NCBI GenBank assembly: GCA_038087875.1
Contig: CM075989.1
Location: 20,710,001-20,774,000 of the forward strand
Origin: Malacoraja senta
Lineage: Eukaryota
Direction: 5' to 3'
DNA length: 64,000 nucleotides
Shown piece by piece: positions 63,763 to 64,000 of this stretch. The first letter of the stretch is position 1, and each line of letters starts with the position of its first letter. The translations under genes and the position numbers were made by a program. The notes beneath the pieces are model-generated. The model was not told where the DNA came from. It ran no database searches and worked only from the letters and a program-made list of their open reading frames with translations.

Positions 63763-64000
63763 AGGGGACAAAGCCTGGAAACAGGCCCTTCGGCCCACCG
63801 GGCCCACACTGACCATCGATCACCCATTCACAATGACCACTTCCTACACACCAGGGGCAATTGTCAGAGGGCCGATTAACCTACAAAGCCGCACGTCTTT
63901 GGGATGTGGGAGGAAACCGGTCTGACCGGAGGAAACCAACACGGTCACGGTAAGAACGGGCAAACTCCAAACAGACAGCTCCCGAGGTCAGGATCGAACA
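63763..64000 (-). mobile_element. V-SINE running off the window edge
   Basis: Reverse complement of the consensus. Confidence 0.8.

Noticed and set aside
27300..64000. Exons of a neighbouring gene (e.g. ADAMTS17, adjacent in mammals)
   Set aside because: No recognisable coding sequence found by eye; small exons could be missed.

Overview
Eukaryotic (vertebrate) genomic DNA. The repeat content (V-SINE/HE1-type SINEs, HER1/CR1 LINE ends, Rex/Babar and Penelope-like relics) points to a cartilaginous fish, probably a skate or ray; this is inference. One protein-coding gene is supported, a minus-strand LYSMD4-like gene. It has a putative non-coding exon 1 in a CpG island at ~26.1-26.4 kb and coding exons 11129-10854 and 7392-6832, giving 278 aa with a LysM domain and a C-terminal TM helix. 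The rest is intronic or intergenic and crowded with mobile-element pieces: a young 5'-truncated L2 with an open RT ORF, many CR1 3' ends, V-SINEs, Rex/Babar fragments, a HERO (R2-like) 3' end, four PIF/Harbinger-type MITEs and an unexplained long inverted repeat. The most striking signal is roughly 30 copies of a Penelope-like terminal repeat carrying a minimal hammerhead-ribozyme core (CUGAAGA-N-stem II-GAAACGUC). Many are short fold-back hairpin elements with 12-16 bp target-site duplications, and one core-intact copy lies sense-oriented just downstream of the LYSMD4 stop codon. An ~840 bp GGGCATGCAGCTGT(GT) satellite abuts the putative LYSMD4 promoter.
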